In this document: one piece after another, positions 29,679-39,299 of the stretch
How positions within the stretch are numbered: the first letter of the stretch is position 1
Layout of the letters: every line of letters begins with the position of its first letter
Source of the DNA: Pyrodictiaceae archaeon
GTDB lineage: Archaea > Thermoproteota > Thermoprotei_A > Sulfolobales > Pyrodictiaceae
Reading direction: 5' to 3'
Length of the DNA stretch: 64,000 nucleotides
NCBI GenBank assembly: GCA_027036135.1
Contig: JALVSY010000007.1
Span: forward strand, 580,880 to 644,879
Notes under the pieces: generated by a model
The model's input: the letters and a program-made list of their open reading frames with translations, nothing else
Databases searched by the model: none
What the model was told of the DNA's origin: nothing
Program-made: the position numbers and the translations under genes

Positions 29679-29878
29679 TTCCTAGCCCCAAGCATATGCT
29701 TAGGGCATCGAGGCAATTAGCCTTTCCTGTAAGCTGAGTGCTTCCAGATTATCATCATAGGTATCATGTATGATTATCATTATTGAAACATGTTTTCAGT
29801 TCATGGTTTCTATCGGAAACGTTGTTTTTATATTACTGGCTCCACTAAATACCTCAACAGAACAATGTCATACTAGTG

Positions 29879-30250
29879 TTAAGGATCTTTGACTAATGAT
29901 TTAAGTTCTTCGATAAAGGCGTCTACCGAGGGATCGGGGAGTGGTACTACTTTATCGCGCTCGTGCTTATGATGCGGAAAGGTCTCGATATAAGGGTGAT
30001 GGGGTGCATTGTCGTATCTAAGGACGAGTTTTTCGCCGTGCAGCAGCGTGTATGAGTATTTAGCAATAAAGCCTCTAAGAATGAGCTCAGATATAAATAC
30101 CTTAAAATCGTGTTTTACTGCCCACAACCTATAGTAGCCGTCCATGCTCGTGGAACCAGGCTTATATGCTGCGGGAGTGATACTCTGGAATCCCAGGGCC
30201 CGTAGCTTGCTAGTAACATAAGTCACTCCATCGGCGAGTTTAACTCGCAT
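29879..30250 (-). CDS. DUF6516/TumE-like toxin
   Basis: YSY....LRYDNAPHHP.IETFPHHKH. The N-terminus is atypical. Confidence 0.75.
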   Translation of the reverse strand: MRVKLADGVTYVTSKLRALGFQSITPAAYKPGSTSMDGYYRLWAVKHDFKVFISELILRGFIAKYSYTLLHGEKLVLRYDNAPHHPYIETFPHHKHERDKVVPLPDPSVDAFIEELKSLVKDP

Positions 30251-30262
30251 GTTTGCGCCCTT

Positions 30263-30511
30263 TTAGACGTGTTTAAGCTTCTTCTCGAGCTCCTTCTCAA
30301 CGTTGTTTAACTCCTCTACGAGTCCATACCATATCATAAAATCTCCATGGGTCTCCGGGTCCAGAGGTTCAGGGAGTAGCCCCTTGCTCCACTTTTCATA
30401 GAAGTCTTTACTGTTAATGCCATACTTTCTCTCAAATTTCTTAATCTCCTTTATGAGCCATCTTCTCCTTAAGACAAGCTTCTCAACAGCACTTATTGTA
30501 GTAGATTCCAC
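30263..30511 (-). CDS. Cognate antitoxin (TumA-like)
   Basis: FERKYGINSKDFYEKW..G....DFMIW; directly upstream of the DUF6516 gene. Confidence 0.7.
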   Translation of the reverse strand: MESTTISAVEKLVLRRRWLIKEIKKFERKYGINSKDFYEKWSKGLLPEPLDPETHGDFMIWYGLVEELNNVEKELEKKLKHV

Positions 30512-31021
30512 TGTTGATCCCCTTGTAGTAGATGTGGCCCGTAGAATCTTAAATACATCAATTTCGTTATATTGTCTAGGACAATCCGTGACAATCTATG
30601 CAAGCCTCTAGAAAATTCACGGCATCCTATCTGAGGTGCGGCTTGTCAGTCACGGCTAGCTCTCGTCTCGGAGTAGGGATGATGTAGGAGACCCAGTTAG
30701 TATGCAGCTATTTATATCATTCTATGAGGGTGGTTCTTAGACCCGGTTCTTGCCGCCATATTTCTTTTGTGAGATTCTTGTTCTTGTGGAGCTGGTAGGT
30801 AGCTCCTCCTTCTCTACTAGGCTCGTGGCTGGCTGTTTCTATGTCCCCAACCAGGCTCTACTATCCCGAGGAACTCATCCAAGCCCAGATAGACCCATAG
30901 CCCTAATCATGCCCAAAGTACCGCAGCCCTAATCCTTGCCGTAAGCCCTTAATGCCTCTTTAGGAGCAAGCCCAGAGGCTTAATAGTTATGTAGATACGT
31001 GTATACGTAGGTAGGTATGCC

Positions 31022-31315
31022 GTGAGGAAAAGGAGGGTGACTCTGAGCATTGAGGAGGTTCTCAGGGAGGCTAAGCTAGTGGCCGGTCTCGAGGGTAGAA
31101 GTCTCAGCAGCCTTGTTGAGGAGTATCTGGAGAGCCTAGTGGCGTCGCGGTGGCTAGAAAGGCTTGCTGCCAGTATAGGTGTAGAGAGGCTAGAGCCAAC
31201 CTCCGAGGATGAAATCCCGAGTCAGCGGCCAGGGGGTTTTGACGCTGCCCAAGCTGTTAGAGAGGTTAGGAGGTCCCGTGAGGAGAGGATAACCCATGGC
31301 CTCGGCGGGCAGTGA
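31022..31315 (+). CDS. RHH antitoxin (DUF6364-like)
   Basis: KRRVTLSI.E.....AK......SLSSLVEEYL; overlaps the vapC start. Confidence 0.75.
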   Translation: MRKRRVTLSIEEVLREAKLVAGLEGRSLSSLVEEYLESLVASRWLERLAASIGVERLEPTSEDEIPSQRPGGFDAAQAVREVRRSREERITHGLGGQ

Positions 31316-31560
31316 ATGCTACTACCTGGATACCAGCGCCCTTGTGAAACGCTACGTTAAGGAGCCGGGTAGTGAGGTAGTCGACAAGATTTATGCCAAA
31401 GCCTACAGGGGGATAGCAGTTATAGCTATCTCCTACTGGAACATAGCAGAGGCGGCTGTGGTCTTCCGACAAGTATGAGAAAAGGTTGAGACTTAGTGCG
31501 AGGCGCTTGTTGGAAGCCCTCCCACATGAGTCACGCACCCTTGTAGAACTACTGGGCTGA
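31296..31560 (+). pseudogene. VapC N-terminal half, frameshifted and interrupted
   Basis: YLDTSALVKRY..EPGS; +1 shift near 31466, then DKYEKRL...ESRTLVEL. Confidence 0.75.
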
Positions 31561-31693
31561 AGCCATAGTACAGAAGCATTCTTCAGCAGTGATGATCATT
31601 TAGGATGACATCTATGGAGATAATCTAGGGACATGTGTGGAAACGAAGAGCTAATTGCCCCAATGCACCTAATGTATAAAGCGGGAGCTAGGG

Positions 31694-31891
31694 TTGTCTA
31701 AGGTTATACGTGTGAGGTACGGGAAGGGCGTGCTGAAGCCGTTGAGTAGCGTAGACCTTGAGGAGGGCAAGGAGTACAGAGTCATAGTGGGAGAGGATAT
31801 AGATGAGCTAATTAAGAAGTACAGGGGAGTTCTCGGGAAATCCTCTGTCAAGGAGTTCCGGGAGCTTGAGGAGGAGGCCCAGACTCAATGA
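31694..31891 (+). CDS. AF2212/DUF104-type antitoxin, paralog of 29478..29678
   Basis: MSKVIRVRYGKGVLKPL...EEEAQTQ. Confidence 0.9.
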   Translation: MSKVIRVRYGKGVLKPLSSVDLEEGKEYRVIVGEDIDELIKKYRGVLGKSSVKEFRELEEEAQTQ

Positions 31892-32335
31892 TATGCCTCG
31901 ACACAAACATAGTCTATCACTTCCTCTCCGAGACAGAGCTAACTAGCGTCTCAGAGAAGGTTATCAGGGAAGCAATCATAGAAGGCCTAGCTATCCCCAT
32001 GATAGTATACAACGAGCTACTCTACACTACAGGCGCGAAGATTGCCCGGATAAAGTATGGCGTTAAGGGAAAATACTCATTCCGGGAGGCGTATAGCCAA
32101 ATATGGATTCCCTAAAGAAGCCATAGAGAAGGTTAACAGTTTCATCAAGGACTTCAAAATAACCATACTAAGGGATCACCAGGACCCAGACGAACTCGTT
32201 GAGGCAATCAAGGCTTATAGACTAGCGCCAAACGATGCCCAAATAGCCTTAACCTGCAAGCATAGAGACATAGGAAAGCTAGCAACATTCGACAAGGACT
32301 TCAAGCAAGTTCCATGGCTCAACCTAATTCCGTAA
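31888..32335 (+). pseudogene. VapC, frameshifted near 32085; paralog of 29029..29481
   Basis: CLDTN/YNE in one frame and APNDAQIALTC/TFDKDF in the next; extra G in TTCCGGGAGG. Confidence 0.85.
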
Positions 32336-32360
32336 CTCTTGAGAGATTATCAACTAGGGT

Positions 32361-32530
32361 GATCTAGTATCAATATTCCTTAATCCTGATCCACGAGACC
32401 ACCGAGCCCGTGCTAAAGCATCATATATACAGTGATGATGCTCTACAAATAGCCTCAGCACGTCATACGAATTGTAAGCACTTAGTTACAGCCAATAAGA
32501 AGCTCGCTAAAGTGACGGCTGTCGAAAACC
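32361..32530 (+). pseudogene. VapC C-terminal half, decayed
   Basis: VLKHHIYSDDALQIASARHTNCKHLVTANKKLAKV; supplies the region missing from the 31296 fragment. Confidence 0.7.
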
Positions 32531-32614
32531 AGCGGTCATCACGGCGGGAGACGAAGCAATATAGGGCCGGAGTAGTCCAGTAGTTAGACATAATCATCCC
32601 TAAGTAGTCTCGTC

Positions 32615-32984
32615 GAGTAGTCACTCCGAGCCTTAGTCTCTTGGCTTGGAGGCAAGCTTCACGGTCGTCGATTAGAAGCAGGCTGGCATTAATCTCTAGA
32701 GCTAGTACCATTACCTCTGCTCTGCCCTCGTCCAGCATAAATTGGAGAATTCTCTTCAAGCGTTCATCCTTTATTCCTACTACCTTGATCCAAGAGGCTT
32801 CCCTTACCTCTCTTGAGCCTGGCCGTCCCCGTCCCTCCACTACGACCTCGCGATACACCGCAGGAGGGATTAGGAGCTCGCCGAAGAACTCTCTTAGTAG
32901 GCTGAGGCGCCCTATCTGTGAGAGGCGTATCAAGGGACTAGAGTTAGACACTACTGTCCTGCTCTTCCGCGAAGGCGATGTCAT
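32615..32984 (-). pseudogene. DUF3368-type PIN protein, 3'-truncated
   Basis: VVSNSSPLI, IPPAVYREV, LDEGRAE, LLIDD; similarity ends at LGVT. Confidence 0.75.
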
Positions 32985-33225
32985 CCTCCAGCTCCTCCCT
33001 TGTATAATGTCTCTCGATACCCCTCTTGGCTAGCTCCTCTAGGAACTCCCACTTGGATAGCCCAGCAAGGCGACGGGCCTGACCAAGACTAAGTACTCCC
33101 CGAGCATAGAGAGCTATCGCTAGCTCTATCCTGGCAACCCTCTCGAACTCCTCTTCTGGGACACGAGCACCCTCAACAATATCCCTTGGGACGCGTATCA
33201 CAACAAACTTGCTCTTTGATGACAC
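32944..33225 (-). CDS. UPF0175-family antitoxin
   Basis: ELAIALY..G.LSLGQARRLAGLSKWEF....YT.EELEDD. Confidence 0.88.
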   Translation of the reverse strand: MSSKSKFVVIRVPRDIVEGARVPEEEFERVARIELAIALYARGVLSLGQARRLAGLSKWEFLEELAKRGIERHYTREELEDDIAFAEEQDSSV

Positions 33226-33586
33226 CCGGATACCCTATTTGCTAGAACAATCATAATGAATTATAAGTCTTTAAGGAATCAGTATCTTCTAACAGCGTGC
33301 CGAAGAACGCTGCCTAGGCAAGCTGAGGACGGAATATCATCCCTTAAAAGCTCATGTATTTAGCAATGCCGCATTATACTATACCGTAAAGACGTGGAGA
33401 TACGGGGAGACTAGCGAGCTTTAGCATACTCAATAGCAGGCATTAGATAATCAGACTCATCACTATGTTTCGGTCCGTATCCTACCCTAAAGCGTCTGCT
33501 TCTAAGTCTAGGGTCTTCGGGCTGAATGGAGCTTATGGGTCTTCAAGACCCCTTACGCATTTTCTTAATACCTGGCCCTCATTATT

Positions 33587-33715
33587 CTAACGTTTACTAA
33601 TCAGTATCGCTACATGCTTGGTTGTTGCTATGCAGTATGCGTCGTCTGCTCTACAGCCAGTAAGCAAGGCTACCTCTGCCGCCTTATCGTGGACGAGTTC
33701 CTCGTCTATATACAT
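33587..33715 (-). pseudogene. PIN C-terminal remnant
   Basis: DKAAEVALLTGCRADDAYCIATTK. Confidence 0.6.
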
Positions 33716-33748
33716 TGATGTGCCTAAGCACTATTTTTAGCAGTATAT

Positions 33749-34489
33749 CTAGATTGTTAGTATTGATAAATCGTTTGGCACTATTATTCCCCGCCCTTGT
33801 GTCTTTTTTGCCTCGTTTATGCTCTGTATTGTTAGGTGTACTAGGGCTAGTAGCGCGTCCCTCCTCATATGCGTCTTGTAGCTTGTTGCCTGGGTGACTG
33901 TTTGGTGCCCTGTCCCTCTCGCTACTTCCTCCATCCCGGTGGGCATTGTGGCCTCTGTTATCATTAGATCTATCTCTCTGGCTAGTTCCTGATAGGCAGT
34001 GGTTAGCCTCGTGTCTGATGTGTAGAGGAGTCTTGCCCCGTTTTTCTCCTCTACTATGGCTCCGTAGCAGGGAATGCTGTGGCTAGATGTGGTTATCCTG
34101 AGCACTGTGTCTCCGAGTCTTAGTTCTTCGTGGAGCCTGGCGGCTATGATGCTTATTCTTGGCTGGGCGCTGCGTGGCATCAGTCGTAGTGCTATGTCTT
34201 TCGCGCTCTCTACTAGGGGCTCTGGGATCACTATGCCTGGGGGATTGGTGTTCTCTGCGGCTGCGTAGACTGTTAGCTCGAATAGCCCCGACCAGTGATC
34301 GAGGTGAAGATGGGACAGGTAGACATAGTCTATGTCGTGGACGCTGTAGCCTGCCTCGTAGAGGCGCTGGCCGCACCCTGGCCCACAGTCTAGCAAGACC
34401 CTGGTATCGCTGGTCTCGATGAGTATGCTGTTCTCTGCCCTGCCCGGAGGCGCGCCAGCACCCCCTGTGCCGAGGAACACGATGCGCAA
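33749..34489 (-). CDS. MBL-fold hydrolase (RNase Z-like family)
   Basis: FLGTGG, DCG, SHLHLDH, H, TSDT, EAT, H. Confidence 0.85.
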   Translation of the reverse strand: MRIVFLGTGGAGAPPGRAENSILIETSDTRVLLDCGPGCGQRLYEAGYSVHDIDYVYLSHLHLDHWSGLFELTVYAAAENTNPPGIVIPEPLVESAKDIALRLMPRSAQPRISIIAARLHEELRLGDTVLRITTSSHSIPCYGAIVEEKNGARLLYTSDTRLTTAYQELAREIDLMITEATMPTGMEEVARGTGHQTVTQATSYKTHMRRDALLALVHLTIQSINEAKKTQGRGIIVPNDLSILTI

Positions 34490-34545
34490 AGAAGGAGCAC
34501 CCGCTAGGAATGTTCTAAGCGTGACTTGTAGCCTCGGCTAGGTAT

Positions 34546-34896
34546 TTATTGTTGCTCTTGTAGCGTTGTTGCTTCTCTTAGCTCGTTTAGGTAGCTAATT
34601 GTCTCCTTTACCCCCTTGTCTGTCGGCTCTATTACTAGTCGTGGGCCTAGTGGTGTGAACCTGTATCGTTGCCTGATGTACCCGTGCTCTTCTAGGCGTT
34701 GGAGGTGTGACCAGAGGTTACCCGGGGTCATTTCGAGGGCTTTTTGTAGCGCGGTGAAGTCTAGGCCTCCCCTGGCTACTAGGAGCAGCATTATTGCTAG
34801 CCTAGCTGGGGCTGCGAGTACGTGGCCTCGTAGCCTTAGTAGCTTCTTTGCCTTCTCCTCTGCACTGGTCAAGAGGGACCTAGCTCCACGTGCCAA
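34546..34896 (-). CDS. Winged-helix transcriptional regulator (ArsR/HTH_34-like)
   Basis: PARLAIM..FT.LQ..L.MTPGNLWSHL..LE..GYI. Confidence 0.82.
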   Translation of the reverse strand: MARGARSLLTSAEEKAKKLLRLRGHVLAAPARLAIMLLLVARGGLDFTALQKALEMTPGNLWSHLQRLEEHGYIRQRYRFTPLGPRLVIEPTDKGVKETISYLNELREATTLQEQQ

Positions 34897-34923
34897 TATA
34901 GAGCCTTATTGCTACGGGGTGCC

Positions 34924-35553
34924 CTAGGCTAGTTTCTTGAGGGCTTGGTAGACGTAGGCGAGGGCTGTGGCTGTGTAGGCCAGCATTATGAGTACGGCTG
35001 CGTATCCCCAGCCCGCGAGGAGCGCTAGCGGCGACCCGGCTAGCAGTAGTAGTGCCGATATCATGGGCGGGTTCGCTGCCTCCTCGCCATAGCACTTCTC
35101 CATCAACGCGTTGCCCAGGTTACCGGCCCCGAGCGCGACTAGCACCGAGAAGGATGCTGCGTAGCCTCCGCCGCGGCCAGCGAGGTCTGCGAGCACCCAG
35201 GCAGCGTACATCACTAGGGGGAAGGAGGCCCACGCGACTAGTGAGAACTTGTTGCACTTCCTCCTAGTAGTTCTCTCTCCGAGCCTTGCCTCGAGCTGGG
35301 CTAGGTAGCTCCTAGCATACCTATTGGTAGCGTAGATAACGAGTATAGCTGCTATAACCCAGTAAGTGATACTGGTAACTGCTTGGCCTCCACTGCTCAG
35401 CCCCCGGTACCACGGAGTCATGGCGATGAGTAGGAAGAGGTTAATCGCTACACCGTATGATAGATAAATTATTGCGCCGTAGAGCTTGTACCCCGTGTAG
35501 AGCTTCTCTAGGAGCTTCTCGAGCGTAGCCACTAGTTCTCTTTGCCCAGCCAC
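34924..35553 (-). CDS. Multi-pass membrane protein in an operon with the wHTH regulator
   Basis: About 6 hydrophobic segments. Confidence 0.65.
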   Translation of the reverse strand: MAGQRELVATLEKLLEKLYTGYKLYGAIIYLSYGVAINLFLLIAMTPWYRGLSSGGQAVTSITYWVIAAILVIYATNRYARSYLAQLEARLGERTTRRKCNKFSLVAWASFPLVMYAAWVLADLAGRGGGYAASFSVLVALGAGNLGNALMEKCYGEEAANPPMISALLLLAGSPLALLAGWGYAAVLIMLAYTATALAYVYQALKKLA

Positions 35554-35749
35554 TGTTCCTCCACGCTCCCTGGGGTATTCTGGCGCGTTCCGGGGCTAAG
35601 CCTTGTCTAGGGGCTTTGCACGACAGAGTACTTGTGAGAGGACTAAGCCGTGCCTACTTACTAGGGTAACGTTTTTATACCATGCCAGGGAGCACTTGGT
35701 TCACAGCCGAAGAGACCCTTATGTATAGAGCTTTGTGGAGGGGGACCGC

Positions 35750-36609
35750 TTGGATTCGCATGGCTACTAGATAGCGAGACATGTCTACAATGCCTCTTTG
35801 GTAGCAGGGAGAAGCTCGGACTAGGCCACGAAAAGATACAGGAAATCCTGGCAAAGTATCGTGGCTCTCGTACCCGCGTCTTCGTTGAGACGTACCGCGT
35901 TCTACGAGTAGATGGTATGGATCCGCTGCGTAGTGCTAAGCAGAAGCTAAATAACCAAGCACTAGGCGCCCTAGAGGAACTAGCCCCTAGGATCCTGGAG
36001 GAGCAAGACTTCCTCAACGTTCTCGGGGCAGCTGCTCTAGCTAATAGCGTGGATATATGGTTGCCGGGTAGGAGCGAGACCGGGCTAGTCCTAGAGGGCA
36101 GGGTCAGGTTCGTCAATGCTGAGAGGGCTAGGAGGATACTAGGCAATGCGGGCCTCGTTGCCTATCTCTTGGATAATTCCGGGGAAGCCGTGGTAGATAT
36201 TGTGGCTGCCCTGAGGCTAGCCATGGAGGGGAAGGAGGTAGTCCTTGTCGCTCGGGGAGAACCCTACGAGCTCGACGTGACGGCTGAGGAGGCTCAGAGG
36301 CTCCTAGTAGAGGTTGCAAGGAGGCTCCGGATGAGCACCAAGAGGGTAAGGGTAGTGAGCACGGGGAGTGCTTACCCCGGGTTCGCCACGGGCCTTGTCT
36401 CCAGCAGGGTAGCATACCTATTGGTTGACGCGGATGCTGTCGTGTCAAAGGGTATTGCTAACTACGAGGCACTAGTGGAGTACTGTAGCACAGTCCCCGA
36501 GAAAACAATTGTGGCTCTGCGGGCGAAGTGCGCCCCGATAGCACGCATACTTGGAGCCGAGAGAGATGAGGCGGTTGTAGCTGCTGGGTATAGGTGCATG
36601 AGGCCATGA
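35750..36609 (+). CDS. DUF89/ARMT1-like damage-control phosphatase; 5' start anomalous
   Basis: CLQC, DP...K, ANSVD, LLDNSGEAVVD, DVT, KGIANYE, AKC. The frame is open from about 35665 but has no ATG/GTG/TTG until 35917. Confidence 0.8.
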
Positions 36610-37601
36610 AGCCCCGCATCCTGGTAACGGATAGCCTCCACCGGGTCTTCTGGGAGGCACTAGGCGGCTGCGCTGATATCGAGCAGAGAAGGGGCCTAGG
36701 CAAAGAGGAGCTAGTGAAACTAGTACCGGGCTACGATGTCCTCGTGGTGAGGAGCCGTACGAGAGTTGACCGCGACGTACTGGCTGCTGGTAGGCAGGGC
36801 AGGCTACGCCTCGTGGTACGAGCAGGCGTCGGCCTAGACAACATAGACCTGGAGGCAGCCAAGCAATACGAGATAGAGGTTGCCAACACCCCGACTGCTT
36901 CTAGCCAGAGCGTAGCAGAGCTAGCAATAGGGCTAATGATAGCAGCTGCAAGGGGCATCGCGTGGCTCAACCACCGAGCAAGACAAGGGGCTTGGAGCAA
37001 GGAGAGAGGCCTAGAGCTCTACGGCAAGACCCTGCTCGTCGTGGGGTTCGGTAGGATTGGTAGAAGGGTAGCAATGCTCGCCAAGGCCCTCGGGCTCATA
37101 GTAAAAGCATACGACGTGATAGACATAACGAGTGCTGCGAGGAACCTCGGCGTAGAGCCAGTCAAGGATCTCTGCGAGGCGCTTGGAGAAGCAGACCTTG
37201 TCTCCATACACGTGCCGCTAACCAAGCACACCTACCACCTATTCAGCGACAAGCTACTCGGCTGCCTCAAGCCAGGAGCAATACTAGTCAACACATCAAG
37301 AGGCGCAGTAGTTGACCCCGAGGCTCTCCTAAGAGCCCTCGAGACCGGCAGAGTATACGCTGCTGGGCTCGATGTCCTGGAGCACGAGCCGCCAATTACT
37401 GATGCTGAGAGGAAGCTATTGGAGCACCCCAGGGTAGTGATAACACCACACATAGGCGCCTCAACCGAGGAGGCACAGTACCGGGTAGCAGTACTAGCAG
37501 CAGCTAAGATAGCTGAGAAGCTGGGACTAGTGTGCCCAGAGACCCGCAGCATAGTAGCCAGGGTGTGCAAGGAGCTAGACTCAATGGGCCTAGGCTGCTA
37601 A
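36606..37601 (+). CDS. serA: D-3-phosphoglycerate dehydrogenase-like
   Basis: RAGVGLDNID, GFGRIG, NTSRG, DVLEHEP, TPHIGAST.EAQ. Confidence 0.85.
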   Translation: MKPRILVTDSLHRVFWEALGGCADIEQRRGLGKEELVKLVPGYDVLVVRSRTRVDRDVLAAGRQGRLRLVVRAGVGLDNIDLEAAKQYEIEVANTPTASSQSVAELAIGLMIAAARGIAWLNHRARQGAWSKERGLELYGKTLLVVGFGRIGRRVAMLAKALGLIVKAYDVIDITSAARNLGVEPVKDLCEALGEADLVSIHVPLTKHTYHLFSDKLLGCLKPGAILVNTSRGAVVDPEALLRALETGRVYAAGLDVLEHEPPITDAERKLLEHPRVVITPHIGASTEEAQYRVAVLAAAKIAEKLGLVCPETRSIVARVCKELDSMGLGC

Positions 37602-37636
37602 GAACCGAGAACAGAGACAAAGGGGATGAACAGGCC

Positions 37637-38725
37637 GTGGTCCTCCTTACTCCCGGACCAGTTGAGGTCGCTGAGAGAGTTCGCAGAGCAGCTGCACGGG
37701 AAATGATTAGTCACAGGGGCCCAGAGTTCCGAGAACTACTCGAGGAAACGACAACACTGCTAGCAAGACTAGGCGACGCAGACGAGGCTCTCCTCCTCGC
37801 TGGCTCCGGGACAACAGCCGTTGATGCGATGACGTGGAGCCTGGTGCCCCGGGGCACGCGGGTCCTAGCCCTCGTCTGGGGCGAGTTCGGTGAACGCTTC
37901 GCCCAGTCAGCGATGCTGCGAGGAGCAGATGTCGAGGCCAAGGAGTACAGATGGGGAGAAGCACCCGGCCCAGAGGAGGTAGCAGCACTGCTAGAGGAGG
38001 ACAACTACGAGTACGTCCTCCTAGTCCACAACGAGACCAGTACCGGGCTAGCCTATAGAGACGTAGAGGAGATAGCCAGGACCGCTAAGAGGCATGGAGC
38101 CAAGCTACTAGTCGACAGTGTCTCCGGGTTCCCCGTGGAGGAGCTAAGCCTAGGCAACGGAGTATACGCCGTGGCAACCGCTAGTCACAAGGCGTTAGCA
38201 GCGCCACCTGGTGTAGCAATAGTGCTGCTGAGCCACGAAGCAGTGGAGGAGCTGGAGCAGAGGGGGAAGCAGAGCAAGGACGTCCCACCAGTCCTCGACC
38301 TTGCCAGGTATCATTGGTTCCTAGAGAGTCGCCGCGAAACACCATTCACCCCACCAGTCCCAACCATCTATGCCCTAAGAGAGACTCTCCTAGCGATAAC
38401 CGAGAAAGGGGTTGAGGAGCTGAGAAGGGAGCATATGGAACGCGCCAAAGTACTCTACGAGGAGCTACCGCGCAGCGGCTACAAGCCCCTAGTTAGGAAC
38501 AAGAGCTACAGGAGCAACACGGTGACCGCCTTCAGGGTACCGGGCTGCCTAGACGCAGTAATAATCAAGAAGGAGCTAGGCCGCAGAGGCTACACTATAG
38601 CCACGGGGATGGGCGAGCTAAAGAAGAGAGTCATACGCATAGGAGTAATGGGTGACATCGGTAAAAGAGACGTGGAGAACGCGGCAACGATACTAAGCAA
38701 CCTGGCAGAGAAGTGCAAGGACTAA
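37637..38725 (+). CDS. Class V PLP aminotransferase (archaeal phosphoserine / serine-pyruvate aminotransferase)
   Basis: TPGPV, SHR, GSGT, HNETSTG, DSVS, ASHKAL..PPG, TPFTP; follows serA. Confidence 0.85.
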   Translation: MVLLTPGPVEVAERVRRAAAREMISHRGPEFRELLEETTTLLARLGDADEALLLAGSGTTAVDAMTWSLVPRGTRVLALVWGEFGERFAQSAMLRGADVEAKEYRWGEAPGPEEVAALLEEDNYEYVLLVHNETSTGLAYRDVEEIARTAKRHGAKLLVDSVSGFPVEELSLGNGVYAVATASHKALAAPPGVAIVLLSHEAVEELEQRGKQSKDVPPVLDLARYHWFLESRRETPFTPPVPTIYALRETLLAITEKGVEELRREHMERAKVLYEELPRSGYKPLVRNKSYRSNTVTAFRVPGCLDAVIIKKELGRRGYTIATGMGELKKRVIRIGVMGDIGKRDVENAATILSNLAEKCKD

Positions 38726-38741
38726 GGGGCAGGGAGGCCCC

Positions 38742-39176
38742 CTAGTACGAGCGGAGCACTATCATCGTATAGGTTCCCTGGACACCGTCTATGGAGCGTA
38801 TATAGTCAATGATGTTGTTTATGTCCTGGGATGATCGAGCCCTCGCAATAACAAGTATATCGTACTCCCCAGTAACCTCGTACACCTTCTCAACCATCTT
38901 GTTCTGCATAATCTTCCTAGAGACCTCTGGTGTCTGCACTGGTGGCCTAGTCTTCACAAGTATCAATGCCACAACTTCGCCGGGGACATCATAGTCGATA
39001 GTGAACTTCTTTATAACCCCGAGCTTCCTCAGCTTCATAATCCTCTTACGCACAGCCGACTCAGATATACCGAGCTGGGCAGCCAGCGCTGCGTACGACT
39101 CTCTAGCATTCTGGCGCAATAACTCAAGGAGCTTATAGTCCTTCTGATCAAGCTTGTCCCCTACATCCCTCGGCAC
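38742..39176 (-). CDS. lysM: Lrp-family regulator, LysM-like
   Basis: Lrp HTH plus KKFTIDY..V.ALILV...P.V.TPEVSRKI...YEVTGEYDI, closely resembling Sulfolobus LysM. Confidence 0.8.
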   Translation of the reverse strand: MPRDVGDKLDQKDYKLLELLRQNARESYAALAAQLGISESAVRKRIMKLRKLGVIKKFTIDYDVPGEVVALILVKTRPPVQTPEVSRKIMQNKMVEKVYEVTGEYDILVIARARSSQDINNIIDYIRSIDGVQGTYTMIVLRSY

Positions 39177-39299
39177 TCTTGAACCCCTAGCGTTCTACAA
39201 TAAGAACACAATATAAGCTTATATGAAGAGGTAGCTATAAGAGGACGCCTAAATAATTAAGTAGTAGCAAAAGCCCGTGCTTCTACGGGGGCTAGGTCT

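Noticed and set aside
30750-30932. 60-aa ORF inside the TA island
   Set aside because: No motif and no clear SD; probably decayed DNA.
31588-31600. GTGATGA C-box matches here and at about 32432, 33457 and 49572
   Set aside because: No properly spaced D'/C'/D boxes; they lie in cassette flank, PIN remnant or SD context.
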